Assembly (NCBI GenBank): GCA_951406725.2
Contig: OX597816.1
Coordinates: 36,766,001 to 36,830,000 of the forward strand
Reading direction: 5' to 3'
Length of the DNA stretch: 64,000 nucleotides
Source of the DNA: Octopus vulgaris
Lineage: Eukaryota
A model generated the notes under the pieces. That model had not been told where the DNA came from and did not search any database. It saw only the letters and a list, made by a program, of their open reading frames with translations. Below are positions 14,352 through 28,593 of the stretch, piece after piece (the first letter of the stretch is position 1; each line of letters opens with the position of its first letter). A program made the position numbers and the translations under genes.

Positions 14352-15089
14352 TTTAACAATGAGATTCAACAAATTAATTCCCTATTAGTCTTTTATGTAA
14401 TGAATTTTGTTTCCCTTGTCTGCTGTACTGTGAATTCGTTCATTTGCAATTTCGGTCTTTTTTGCCAGTTTATTGGAGTATTGAGTCAATTCTTAACTCT
14501 CCTCAAAACTGAACTAAACTTGACTGATCACTTTTACAACTTTACACATTTTTAAGCTGTGTACTACTTTACATATTTTAAAGCTAACTTAATATTATTT
14601 CACACAAAAACTGATTCATTTCATGCCCCTTTCTCTCTTATGATTACATCAGTCAAGTAGCTGCCAATATAACCGGATATACGTTACATCATCATTCAGT
14701 GCTCTTTCATATTTTATGCCTGCGGTGTTAATGTTCTAGGTTAAATAGTGTACGATGATCTAATAATATAAAATAGGGTATTATTCTGTCAGACAACTCA
14801 TTGATTTTTTCTTCCTTTGCACTAATTTAATGTACTATTGAAGGGTTAATAATACAAAGAAATATATATCTCATAGTTCATTTCTTAATATCACTTCATG
14901 TGGATAATTACTTTAAAATGGATTCTGAATACTATTCAATAGAAAAATTTTATGTATGTAGCACGTTTGTTACAATAATTTAAAACAAAACATATTTATA
15001 ATCCTTTTAGTTATGTATTGTTAATAGTAGTGAGTAATAGAAGCACAAGGCTTGTCAATTGAGAGAGGGTGTCTTTTAACTATCATCTT

Positions 15090-15300
15090 TTCGTGTTTAA
15101 GTCATTGGAATGAAACCATGCTGAGACACCGCCTTGAAGGGTTTAGTTGAACAAAACCATACCGGTACTGTCATTTTTTAAAGTCTGGTGATTATTCTGT
15201 CGGTTACTCTCTCTGAACTGCTAAGTTACGTAGATGCAGCAAAACAACGCATGTTGTCGAGGGGTTGGGAGTAACAAACAGATACAAAAAAGCAGACGGA
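15090..15300 (-). mobile_element. Decayed SINE 3' half (family of 50958)
   Basis: Degenerate reverse complement of 51255-51450. Confidence 0.6.
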
Positions 15301-15305
15301 TATTC

Positions 15306-15375
<70 letters not shown>

Positions 15376-16399
15376 GACGTGCTTCCTCACTGTTTTTGTT
15401 TATCAAATTCACAAAGCCAAACTGAGCCTGATTTCTTGTGGTTACAAAGCGAAATTTTTAACTGAACTGCTAATATAGTGCCTGGTACGCGACAGCTGAT
15501 TGTTGTGAGGTAACTTTGGTTACAGTGGAATTGGACATCAGAGTGTAAAGAGCCAGTAAAAACCAATGGTAAGTGTTTTGTCCACGCTCGAAGGATTCTG
15601 GTCAGTTGCCATCTTTATTATAGATTGAATTGTATATACAAAGCTAATTATTTCCAGTATGTGTATGTGTGTGTGTATATATATGCGTGTGTGTGTATAT
15701 ATATGCGTGTGTGTGTATATATATGCGTGTGTGTGAGTGTGAATGTATGTGTACATATATGTATGTGTGTGTATGTATATAGATGTGTATATAAATAGAG
15801 AGAGAGAGACAGACAGATAGACAGTGGAGCAGACAAACAGACGGACAGTCAGGTAGATAGGTAGGTTGGTAGGTAGGTAAGTAGGTATGTAGTTAGGTAG
15901 GTAGGTAGACAGTTATATAATCACAAAATGAAACAAATATCTTCTATGTATGGCACTCGTTAATTGCCCTTTCTAAAATTTACTCTCTTCCCAATTTCCA
16001 CTAAAATACATATCATATGCCCTTGAGAATTAAAGACTACTTTTGTATTATTAACTTATACACTTAAATTCAACATCTGGGCATATTTTCCACACGTAGT
16101 ACAATTCTTCAATTTACGTGTGATTGTACAAGGGTTAGAAAATTATACATATTCTTGTTTCTGTAAGATATTAAAACAAAAGCATCCGGAAGGATGTGGG
16201 GCAAAGTGACCTGCAGAGGAATTTGATGTCAGAATATGAAAAAACAGTAAAAACCAAATTCTAGACGATAGACCACTGTTCTGGTAATGCACAGAAGTGC
16301 TGTTCGATACACTTTTTTAAGCGGTCAACACGCTGGCTTATTCCATTTGAGAAGGTTTTCGACTGGGCGCGTAGTCATACGCAACGTTTCTTGTGCTTC

Positions 16400-17400
16400 T
16401 ATGTCCTGATATGTAAAGGATATTCGAGCAGTCCAAAGAAGTGATGGTCTTCAGCGGCGAAATTTGGAATCTTTGCAAAGTGTTCCAGCATTTCAAAACA
16501 CAATTAGTTTCGTCACTGTGGTTAGTCGTATGTAGGCCTGCATTGTTGTAAAACACTAACAATTGATTTGACAATCAACCCCACCGTTTGGTACAAATGG
16601 CTGGTTTGAGTTTGTTGGCCAGCGTTTCACTAAAGACCACACTGGTGATTGTTGGTTGCTTTTCCAGGAAACGTTTCCAACATAGACTGTTTAATGTCCC
16701 CAAAAATGGTTAGCGTGAATGTTCTGCTGAAATTTGAGTATTGAATTATTTTTCGCTGGCGTGTCTAGGTATTTCTACAACATAGTTTGCTTTTTGGTTT
16801 TTCGTCCAAAGTGAATTACCGAAGTCTCATTCCTGTTGGAAGTCTCTCCAAAAAGCTTCAATTTCACCGTTGTAGAGGTCAAGCAAGCTTTGAAAGATTT
16901 CCAAACGACTCCGCTTATGCATTTCAGTGAGGTCTCTTGGCACCCACCTCGCACATACTTTACAGCAGCTAAGCTTGTCTTGGACGATTTCGCATGCAAA
17001 ATCGTAACAAATTTGCAGAGAACATGCCATCTCGTCGGTTCGCCACAATCATACCTCGAGCAACTTGAATCTTCACGTCATTTCTGGAGGTTGACTGGCG
17101 TTCTTTTCATTCTTGGTGCTTCACACTCGTCGAGCCATTCTTCATTTTGTTGATCCACTGGCATACAATTCTAGACGATATAGCACTGCTCTTATAATGC
17201 ACAGAAAGCCTGTGATGAATTTCATCACTTGATGCATTTTCAGATCAAAGAAATACGATCACTGATCTCTGTGTTTCTGGAGAGATGAAGGCCAAACCTC
17301 GGTGAAATAACCACTAGTGTACCATCTTTTAGCCCGAGAGCAGTACCACCAACTCAAAGAAAGTCTTAGCGAAGTGCAGACAATTTTTTACTTCGCCTTG
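16400..17400 (-). mobile_element. Decayed mariner transposase remnant
   Basis: ORF 16827..17048 contains KVCARWVPRDLTEMHK (WVPxxLT motif); boundaries approximate. Confidence 0.8.
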
Positions 17401-17994
17401 AAATATTCCACCTCGTATTCAAAATGCCTTTTCGAAGCTCTATGTAGCTTTATTAAGTTTACTGAAAGAAAAAGGATTCACTGCATTTAAAACCTATTCG
17501 ACATTGATATTGCATTACCTTAGATTAATAGGAATCTCACTTGTAACTTCTGATGTTCCATTTATTACGAGGAAAAAACATATCTGTGTTTCAAGACATG
17601 AATGGCTTCAAATATGAAATCGGAAATTATTTCCTGCACTTGTATTTTTCTATATTCACCGCCCGAATGTTTATCTTATTTTTTAATTTCATTTGTCATC
17701 CTTGTTATATTATACTTTAGTATATAGGCTACGCTCATCTCATCAGAAGAGAAAACTAGAAATGTTTTCTGGGCAGAGAAGTTCTTAGGAAATAATTTCT
17801 GTTACATCCTGACAGTGAGAAATATATTCCTATTACATTTTTAACCAATCATATGCTACTCAATATTGTATTTCAAATCTTCAGAGTACATTTTGATTTA
17901 AATAATTACATGTCGATTTTAGTTAATCGGATGAACTGAAAATATTGATTTCCTGTGAATTATTTTACTTTAATTATAGTACCGAGTAAACTAT

Positions 17995-19105
17995 GAGTTG
18001 AGTAAAAAGCAAGCAACGTATTGAAATATAAAATTCATCAAAATATATTTCAACAATGCGAAAACTTTATTAATCAAAGTAAGCACCATTACAATCAATA
18101 CATTTTTGCCAATGAGTTACCAGTTTGTTTATTCTGGTAACATAAAAATCTGGAGTTCTGGTCTGATGAACTCTTTGAACGCACTTTCAGTATCGGTTTG
18201 GCTTTTGAACGCCTTCTCTCGCAGGAAACCATCAAAGTGCTTAAAAACTGGTATTCGGTAGGAGAAATGCCTGGGGAATAAGCTGGGTGGGGCAGAACTT
18301 CGTATCCAAGTTCCCTCAACTCCTGGAACGTCATTAGTGAAAAGTGCGGTCGGGCATTGCCATGAAGAATGACTGACCGTCTTCTGTTGACCAGTCTTGA
18401 ATGGAGGAGTAGCAGATTTTCGTTTATTTTAGCAATTCCATGGCAATGTCTCTGCAGTAATGGTTTATCCGAATTTTAAGAAGTTAAAATGAATCGCTCT
18501 GGTTACGGAGAAGAAGCGACGAGCAAATTTCATATTTGCGCATTTCCTGATTTTCATTCAAATTGTATGGTAATGGTTTGTCGAGACTTTTTGATTTTCC
18601 GATCGCATGTAAATGTTTGCAAGCGGTTTTCCGGCTAACCTGAAGTTCTTTTGCCAGTTCTCGAGTAGTTTTACGAAGATCTTTCTCAATGATGGTCTTT
18701 CATTGACTGTCATCGATGACAGTTGGGCGTCATCTACGCTCACAACCTTCATAGCTCAGGTTTCCAAAGCGAAATCGTTTAAACTATTTTCGAGCTCACC
18801 ACTCACTGGTCATTTCCTCACCAAACGTTTCGTTGATATCGCGAGGAGTTTCAGCTGCTTTACGTCACTTTTTGAAGTTGAGTAGCAAAATTGCTCGAAT
18901 ATCGCGGTTTTACAGTTCCATTTCGTATGATTGTAAGAACGATAAAATAAATATCAACGTTAATTTATTGATTAATCTGGTCCAGTCATTGTATGTATTA
19001 TCAGACATTTGCAAATAAATGTTTAAACTAAATTCAAAACTCTGCAAAAATCCGATACAAATTCTTCTTGGGCCAAAACGTTGCTTACATTTTACTCAGT
19101 CTGAT
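17995..19105 (-). mobile_element. Decayed mariner transposon with terminal inverted repeats
   Basis: ELGYEVLPHPAYSPGISPTEYQF (YSPDLAP motif); TIRs tgagtaaaaagcaagcaacg at about 18000 and cgttgcttacattttactca at about 19079. Confidence 0.9.
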
Positions 19106-19462
19106 AGATATGCATTTACTTTTCTATTGTTTACATGCCTGTGAATTCAATTTCAAATATTTCTATATAATAATATATTATATTAATGTCGGTTGATGGG
19201 TTGGTTTGTTGGTTTGATGGCTGGTCGGTCAATCGATGGGTTTCTGGTTGGATAGGTTTCTGAGTTTTTTTGAGTCATGCTTTATATCATATATACAATG
19301 GAAAATAAGCCAAAATATATAGAGAGTATATGAATGTAAAACGTTAATGTCCATAGAACACCGAAATTTACGAGCCACAGTAGGTGGATAGTATGCCCGC
19401 GTATATGCATATTTATGCAAACACAAACTACCACCCACCCACCCATATATATATACATATAC

Positions 19463-19539
<77 letters not shown>

Positions 19540-19697
19540 TGTGGTTCTGTGGTAAGAACCTTCTTCCCGAACCACAACGTTCGGAGTTCAGTCCCACTGC
19601 ATGGCAATCTGGACGTGTTTCTTCCACTATTGCCTGGGACTAACCAAAGACTTGTGAGTGGATTTGATAGACAGAAAACGAAAGAAGCCTGTCCTAC
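19540..19697 (+). mobile_element. SINE 5' half (family of 50958)
   Basis: gtggttctgtggtaag...gttcagtcccactgc...gacagaaaacgaaagaagcc. Confidence 0.75.
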
Positions 19698-19700
19698 ATA

Positions 19701-19746
<46 letters not shown>

Positions 19747-20167
19747 GTATATATATAAATGTATATGTTTGTGTGTACATATATGTGTTATTGTGTAGGT
19801 ATGAGTTAGTGGTGTTTAATACCTCTAAGGGATAATTAAATCCAAAGTCGCTCCTGATTATTACCTGTGTAGGTACAGTCTTTTGTAAGGTTGTAGGGTA
19901 GCAGTTGGTTCGGTTGGAAAACCGTAGTTTAGGTTATACAAAAGAAAATGGATATAATTACAATGGGAAACTCATGGTTTACGTTTCTATACCTTTAATT
20001 TAATTACCACCACATATGCATATATGTATTATTTTCGCATATATATATTTATATATATATATACCGGAGTAAACACATAAATGTGAAACAAGGTGGAAAA
20101 AAGAGTACTCAAATACCAGTGGTAGAGTAATATGCTTTATTTTAAGCAGCAGAAAATTCAACAAAAT

Positions 20168-20205
20168 CTGTTACTCTGAGTTTCTCGTTGCCGTTCATCA
20201 GACAG
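20168..20205 (-). ncRNA. Type I hammerhead ribozyme motif
   Basis: Minus strand CTGT-CTGATGA-ACG-GCAA-CGA-GAAAC-TCAGA-GTA-ACAG; stem I CTGT/ACAG; stem II closing pair is A.A. Confidence 0.7.
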
Positions 20206-20407
20206 TTTTTGCTAGAATGGAACCGATATATCAATTCAATCTAGACTCTTACAAACGCTACACCTTTAAAAAGAAATGGGCTTGTTTGATTGGCCCTTTA
20301 GAAAAAACGGTCAATCTTCGAGCGATAAACAAAAAGGTCAAAAATATATGTATATATATATAAAAATACTTATAAAAATTATAAAATGTTCTGCTGCTTA
20401 AAATAAA

Positions 20408-20447
<40 letters not shown>

Positions 20448-20480
20448 TTCACATCCTAACCGATTCATCTACCTATATTC

Positions 20481-20531
20481 GCAGTCTGAAGAGATTTACT
20501 TAAACCAGTAAATTGAAACGATCGTAAATGC
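20481..20531 (+). ncRNA. Type I hammerhead ribozyme motif
   Basis: GCAGT-CTGAAGA-GATTTACT-TAAACC-AGTAAATT-GAAAC-GATC-GTA-AATGC; 8-bp stem II and palindromic ACGATCGT stem/loop III. Confidence 0.78.
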
Positions 20532-20632
20532 TACCTTTATCTCTGCCTCTTCCTTCTTTGTTATCTAATTAAATTAAAGGTATACTAGCGAAAATCACGA
20601 GTTTCCCATTGTTATTATATCCATTTTCTTCT

Positions 20633-20676
<44 letters not shown>

Positions 20677-21689
20677 TGTATATGTATGTGTGTACATATG
20701 TGTTATGTTATATATTTATATATATATATATATATATATGGGGGGGTGAGGCAAATAGGAAAATGGAGAGGATGCAAAAGCGACATACATCAGCCGGTAG
20801 ACATCGTAGTATGTCTAGTTATTCAAAAGTATCAGAAAGAACTAGAAAAATACATACACATGTAATAACTATGTGTTACATACATATGTACTAATATTGA
20901 GCAAAAGAGCAAAAGATCAGAATGTCAGTAGTGTCTAGTTCCTTACGGCCGTTTCTGCAAAGAGGATAGGGGAATTGATTATAACCTGCATTGGTAGATT
21001 TTAACCAGAGCACCAGCGTGTAGTACATATATGAAATGTATGTTATGTGTAAATGAAATAAATGTTCTTCTTGATTAAAACCAACCTTCCGATTGTAAAT
21101 TCCCTTAAGGAGAGAAACAATTTCTGCCTTCACAAGACAAAGCAAACTTTTTTCTATATACCATTAGTACTAGTTATTTAAACCATACTAGCACTAGAGC
21201 CCAACCTTATTCGTATCATAATAACAATATTTGTATTATTAACACTTTCGTGTACGTGGTCACCATATAATGTTTGCAATATCTCTCATTGCATTATATG
21301 CCCTGGTTCTCCCACCCTAACTAGTTTGCAATTAACCTTTTTCCAGGTATATACATTTGAGCATATGTAAGTACGAATATATGCATGTATGCTGCGTGTG
21401 AAAAAAAAATATATATATATATTTATATATATGTACGTGAGTATCTATACATATAGTATGTGTGCATATAACTACAGGCAATTGTAAGCCTATTTCAGTG
21501 TGTGTATGGGTAGGTATAGGGCTTTGTATGTATAGGTGAATATGTGTATTGTGACTGTATGTATGAGTGTGCGTTGTTTGAGTGTATATATACATGTATA
21601 TGTATGCATAAATGTGGGTGTATGTATGTATATACATATATATATATATATATGTATGTGTGAGTATATTTGTGTGTACATGTATGTGA

Positions 21690-21888
21690 CCGCATGTGTA
21701 CCGTTGGCGATTTTTTCCTCTGCCTCCCCTTCTCTGGATCTTTCCTTCTTCTGTTTCCGACGAAGAGCTCCGCTCGAAACTTTAAACCCTCCTTCTTTCC
21801 TTCTTTCCTGAGCGTCCAATAATACTATATTTGTTCCACGTCCTCGCGTTGTTGTGTTATTTTGTGCTTTCTTGTTTGGATTAACTTT
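21690..21888 (+). mobile_element. Penelope-type terminal repeat with degenerate minimal hammerhead
   Basis: CCGACGA-A-GAG-CTCCG-CTC-GAAAC at 21757-21780. Confidence 0.45.
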
Positions 21889-22609
21889 ATATATATGTGT
21901 GTGTGTGTGGATGTGTATATATGTGTATATATATATACACATATTTGTGTATGTATATAAGGCTTATATAGGCATAGGTATGGGCATGTATATGTATGCG
22001 TATATGTACATATTTCTATGGGTATATATGTGAGAGGGTATGTAAGAAGCCATAGGCTTTTGGATGTTTACACACATATGTACCCGTAGTTGTGGAAATG
22101 AATACATACATGTGTGCACGTGTGTGGATATAAGAGTGTTGGTAAGGGCCAGTATGGATTTGCATGTATATATTTGTGTACACAGATGGATATGGGTGTG
22201 AATGTATATCTGATTAGTATTAGTATAGGTGCATATGTGGGTCTGTAGATATATTTGTATGCATGCTTGCTGGAGTGTGAGTATAGTCAGGCACAAATAG
22301 GAATATCCCATCTTCTGTAAAGGCTCTTTCAGCTGTTGGTACGAAACATTGCTTGCTATAGTTCGAAGATCGTTATGCAACAACGCTTTGTGTTAAACAG
22401 GTCAAAAATAGTACAGAAGCTTATAAAATGCCCCAGACTGCTGTGGAGTTAATTGTATGGACTGACCATCTGTTTTCCGATGTCACAAGAAGGTTGAGTA
22501 CGGAAGAGAGGTGTGACAGAAGGAGGGAGAGGAAAGTGAGATCATCATAAATGGTTTTGAAGATTTACAGTTTGGGGGCTGAAGACTATGGTGTGTCTAT
22601 AAAGAAAAT

Positions 22610-23405
22610 AAATATACACTTTAGAGTTTGTGTAACAACTTTGCACAAATTTATCCATTGAGACCTGAACATGCGCAAAACCTATGCAAAGCTCATTCTC
22701 TATGGTGAACAGACGGAAAAACGCGTTGGGTACAGCAGGGAGATAGTTAAGCTCATTGTTTTTAATCCAAGAGTATTTGAATCACTGATGATATGTGATA
22801 AAAGCTGGATCTAGCGTATGTTCCAGAGATAAAGAGACAGAGTACCCAATAAAAGCATTCTGGCTCCACCACACCCAAAGAGGCAAAGCAAGTCAACCGA
22901 AAATCTCATGATGGCCCTCTTTATTAACAGCAAAGGTATCATCTACATACACTGGGTTCCTCCAAGCCAAACGGTCAATAAACTGTTATTTGTGGTGGGT
23001 TTATGGAATTAAGATCAAACCTCTTCAACGCGGGTGGTGGCACCGGCACCAGGGCATTGTCCCGGAAAACAATTCCGTCCTCGTAACCAACTAATTCACA
23101 GAGATGACCATCAACAAACACTGACTCTCACCCTCCCTACAGTCCAGATCCTGGCTGTTTTCTAAGCTGAAGAAAATCCTCAGTCGTTTTAAAAATATTG
23201 AAATGAACGACGCTGTGTCAAGGGTTCAGGACTCCTTCATTTTGGAGGACTTCTATGGGTCCTTCTCAAAGTGGTTGAAGCAAAATATCAAATGCGTTGA
23301 AGTGGAAGGAACCAAATTTGAAATTGATTAGAATTTTGTACTTCTTTAAAATTAATAAATGTCTCTCTTGAACATGTCTCAAAACTTCTGGAATGCCTCA
23401 CCTAC
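22610..23405 (+). mobile_element. Decayed mariner transposon
   Basis: DKSWI*...PEIKRQS (DESW..Y.PE.K.QS motif), WVPPSQTVN and HPPYSPD in broken frames. Confidence 0.8.
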
Positions 23406-23836
23406 ACCATATTTGTACTATATATGTACTTTAAAGATTATGTAACCAAATAAACAACTCTTCTACTATATTATATATTCACTTTAATGAAAGAATCACT
23501 ACTAGAGCAATTATTCTGAACGTTAGTGTAACGAGAAAGAAACTTTAAAACCCTTATTAGACACATATCTTTAAAGGCTCCTTTTTTCTATCGACTGACG
23601 CAATTTATTCCGGAAACTTATTATGCAGGATCCCACAGGCATTTTCTCCATGGCGATGGAAGCATGCAATTTTTTTATCTTGGAGAATCGATAACTGAGA
23701 TTTTGTTTCTTGAAATATGTATATGCGTCTGTTTGGCGTGTGTGTGTGTGTATGTGTGCGTGCGTGTGTGTTCGGGTAGTTGTGTTTTGCGTGTATATGT
23801 GTGTGTGTGCGTGGGTGCTAGAGTGAGTGCATTCCT

Positions 23837-23872
<36 letters not shown>

Positions 23873-24774
23873 GTGAACACGACATGATTAATTTACTTAC
23901 AGCTAGAAGGAAATGCAGATGTAGTGAGAATATTGAAATATTTGTAAAGATTATATATATTTTTGAGCAGAATCGGTAACAAACGTAACTGTCACTTGAC
24001 AGTATTCAAGGGATATACTTGACATAAAAAAAGCAAAATAAACAAAATGCAAATATGAAAAGTTAAAAAATAGAAAAGAGCTGTAACATGTTTAGATACA
24101 GTAACTGATAGACATATGTGTTATAAGTATTTTATAACATATACAAAATATATCCATTCGATATTTTCACATGAACTTGATACTTCATTGATGAAAAGAA
24201 ATCCAAGTTGTAACGCAGTAAAACGAAGACGTATGAAAGCAAAACTAATGCTTAATCGTAAACTTTCTCAGCTCTATTGTAAGAGGAACCGAACGTGGAT
24301 TTAGCAATTTAGCCCTTTGGAACTTAAACATCTATAATAATCTGCAACTATAAACATCTATAATATACTGCAATGCTAGAACTTGTGAAATACATTTAGT
24401 GAATTAACCCACTTTTATTCTCCCATAATGATTTTCAAATCCAGTTGAGAGTTAAGTTGTTACTAATTCTTAGTAGCTTCAACATCTGCAGTATCTGTGT
24501 CTTCGGTTGAGAATGTAGGATTATTTTATCAAACCTATGTGCATTTTAAACGTTAATTAGTGGGTTCAAAAACCAAACTCCTTAATTTTCATTATTTCAA
24601 ACCCTAAATATTCTATGCCGATATACTAGAGCTTGAAAACGTCTAGTACAATTAACATATCATTATATTTACATTACACGTCAACTGAATTCAGATGTCT
24701 GTAGATTAAAAAACAACGATGATATTTTAATTAAAATGTCTAAGTGAAATGCATGGAAAGCGTGTATAGTTCTA

Positions 24775-25960
24775 TATTTGAGAGATGAGGAATTATGTAC
24801 ATTGACGGATATTTGTCCTCATCTTCTTTGTTTTTACACAATATTTCGGATGATGGGAGAATTTCAAACACAGATTCTCATTCCTACGTTATTTTTCCGA
24901 CGTTATCATTATTTACGTCACACGAAATCTTGTGGTTAGCAGCCCGCGCTCTTAACCACTACGCCATATGCTCGTAGGTATTTATGGTGTGAATTTTAGG
25001 GCTTATAAATCTAATATTTTCCTATGCTTCCTTAATACATGTTCCCTTATGCTACGCTACTCATAACTGCACTAGGTCTGCTTAAGAGGTCATTATGTCC
25101 TTGCATATGTGCTACCTCTTTTAGTTTTCGTATTTTCCAATAGTGTTCTCTGTGTATTATTTTATTTTCATCCCACAAGGATAGGTAGTCTCCGTTTTTC
25201 CTTACATAATCAGATATACCAGATTTATCAATATCTCTTCGTGTCACAGATTTGCAATGTTCCTCTACCCTTATTTTGATGGAGCGGCATGTGTTGCCTT
25301 TGTATAACGTACCACAGCTGCATGTGATGGACTACACGCAGTTCTCGGTCATATTTTCTTCTAAGGATGGTTTTACTCGAAGGAGATATTTGCGAAGTGT
25401 TGCATTACTCTTGAATACTGTCCTGATGTCATATGGGCCGCATATCTTTTGTATCTCTTCTGAGAGGCCTTTCACACAGGGGAGACAGACTATGATCCGT
25501 TTATGGGTTTCAACCTCTCTTCTCTTCATATATGGAGTGGATTGTATGTTTTGGGGGTAGTTGTTGCTTAATAGATTGTTACTTAGCTTGATCATTTCTT
25601 CGTGGCGTGTATGAAGATTGTTACTTATATTCTTTGCTTGATGTTTTAGGCACTGAGCAATCCCCCTCTTTACAATGTATGGATGGTGGGAATTGAAGTA
25701 GAGGTATCGTCCAGTAAAATTTGGCTTGCCGTATACAGATTCCTGGATCCATACTTGGTGCGTATTGTTGATATATCCAGGAATGCTAGCTGGTTGTCTT
25801 TCTCCTTTTCCATTGTGAACTGTATGGATGGTCTTATTGAGTTCACATGATCTAACAGTACTTGGACATCTTCCTGGTGGGGCCAGAGTATAAAGGTGCC
25901 CTCAACACATTGCAGCCATAGGGTTGGTTTTAGTGGTGTTGATCAGTAGGCATCCAGACT
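24775..25960 (-). mobile_element. Penelope (Poseidon-like) RT plus GIY-YIG fragment with 3' terminal region
   Basis: FTMEKEKDNQLAFLDI, VYGKPNFTGRYLYFNSHHP, LPCVKGLSEEIQKI, PCSCGTLYKGNT, RKLKEVAHM; the 3' region 24775-24975 is homologous to 62770-63115. Confidence 0.88.
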
Positions 25961-26159
25961 ATTACCTTAGTAACGGAGATAAATTATGCAGAATGGAGTC
26001 GCTTTACACAGATTAATCTTAACCTCTGCTGTGTATGTTTAATATATTTTGACGTTCTAGCTCACTTCCACTGTTTACAGCAGTGCTTGGAAAGAAGGTA
26101 TGTGGCCTGCGATCGTCGTATTGATTAAGACATTGAAAGTTGTCGTGGCGATACCCGTT

Positions 26160-26640
26160 CAGAGGTTTAAACTAAATTGTAGAAAGTGTATGTGGCGGAC
26201 TGTATGAGCCGCACACACGAGTACGAGCGGTTCAGACGTTTCCAACATGATCGAATAAATGTCGATATTGACGAACAATTTGGGAGACCCGCAACCAGCA
26301 GTGCTGAGAATAATATCGCAGATGTGCGTGCAGCTCTGAGGGGACATCGTCGAACCATCATCCACGAGTTATCAGAGGATGTGCAGATTAGTTGCGGTTC
26401 AGTTCAATCTATTATCACTGAAGATTTAGGTACGAGTCGTCTGTCTGCCGGGTGTGTGCCAAAACTGTTTTAGCCGACGAAAATGACACTCAGGTTTCAG
26501 TGGCACAAGACCTTGATTCTGTCGAAAACAGTGAAAACTTTTTGAAAACTTTGCGTAGGCTTCTGAGCAGATATCGCCAAGCTTTGGCAAAATTTTATGC
26601 ACATTCTCTGCTCAACTTTCTCTGTCATGTTCAATGAGAC
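26160..26640 (+). mobile_element. Mariner N-terminal (HTH) remnant, rearranged
   Basis: RFRRFQHDRINVDIDEQFGRPATS...IITEDLGTSRLSAGCVPKL; the EQRMCIKF start motif lies inverted at about 26590-26615. Confidence 0.8.
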
Positions 26641-27098
26641 GATCACGCGCTACATAACTCCATTTCAAGCAGGGTTGTAAACACTGCGAGTTAGAACGTT
26701 AAAACTTAGTTTTCATGCAGAGCAGAGATCGCGTCTGAGCGAAGCCGCCTTACTCTCCGTGATTTAGCTTCGTTACTATAGCAACAGTACGGACATCAGT
26801 CTACGTACAGCCATTTCGCAACCTTCTTCATGTAGTAATAATTTCGTTCCAGGAGAAATTATGCTTAGATATTTACATTGATATACAAGCTCAGCATTAT
26901 ACAATGCGATAGTATATTCACAAGCCAAAGCAAATAAAGAAAGGTGACTGAGCGGATCGTCAGATCATCATGCTTAAAACAATGATTCAACTTTCTGTAT
27001 TGGATTACTAAGTGGAAGGTCAGAAGAATCAGTAAACGGTGTTTCACACGATAGCCACACGATTCTCAGAATTGATGCCGATTTTTACAAATTCTGAT

Positions 27099-27179
<81 letters not shown>

Positions 27180-27184
27180 TGATA

Positions 27185-27467
27185 GCGAAACCAACCATGC
27201 TATCAGAGGTTGCTAAACATCGCTGGTCACAATGCGCTTCGCATTGGTTTCGCCATCAAATGACACCACCCCGCTGGCTAAGCGAGCAGGCCAACAGAAG
27301 AAAGAGTGAGAGAAAGTTGTGGCGAAAGAGTACAGCAGGGATCGCCACCAGCCTCTGTCGGAGCCTCGTGGAGCTTTAGGAGTTTTCGATCAATAAACAC
27401 TCAAAAGGCCCGGTCTGGGAATCGAAACGCGATCCTACGACCTACCCTCTAGGCTATTGCGCCTCCA
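27185..27467 (-). mobile_element. tRNA-derived SINE (family of 10637)
   Basis: Reverse-complement match to 10637-10947. Confidence 0.85.
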
Positions 27468-27489
27468 GACACACACACACAAATATAAA

Positions 27490-27543
<54 letters not shown>

Positions 27544-27606
27544 TATATATGTATGTATGTATGTATCTATGTATGCATGTATATGTACACAAAGAAGCAA
27601 ACTTGT

Positions 27607-27671
<65 letters not shown>

Positions 27672-28349
27672 CATATTACTCACAAATTTAATTATGCCGT
27701 AAAAGCCCTATTATGACATTGTCTACTTTTTATTCTTAAGCAAGTCACCCAAAGGTTGCCGCCAAAAACTTGATATTCTTGTTGAAGTGGTTAGTCATCC
27801 TATTTCTATTCCAGCTATCAACGTCTAGCTCGAGTTTTTATCGAACACAACACCGATTTATTTCAAACTTAATACCGGACGAACAATTAGTCCTAAGGCG
27901 GCTTTAACAGTTGCAATACAGGTGATGTGATTCGGTTGTAAGATGAGACGAGCCAAGGCAGATAAAAAGAAAATTATGTTTGATGATTGAATATTTTATC
28001 AGATGAGTGAAAGACAGCTAAGCAACGTCACAAGAAATAATTCATCGTTCACAAGCACTTCTACAACATTTCAAGTTAAGAAGAATTCGAGATAGCTCAA
28101 TAGAACGCCAAGATTTTTGTTCGGAAGCACGTATTAACCTAAGCTAGGAGTTTAGTTTCACACCTGAACTGGCAGCCCAGATATCTAGGCTCCATATGTC
28201 AAATATATAGTTTAACAGCCATTTATACGAGCAGACACACACACATACACAGACATACACAGACACTCACGCACACACACACACAGACACAGACACACAC
28301 ATACACACACACACACATGTATATATCTATATATATATATATATATATC

Positions 28350-28396
<47 letters not shown>

Positions 28397-28397
28397 C

Positions 28398-28593
<196 letters not shown>

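Larger units (their letters stand above)
19944..20632. mobile_element. Nested Penelope-type terminal-repeat elements with inverted arms
   Basis: Outer inverted arms 19944-20005 / 20567-20630; inner inverted arms 20132-20153 / 20388-20410; two hammerhead motifs inside. Confidence 0.65.
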
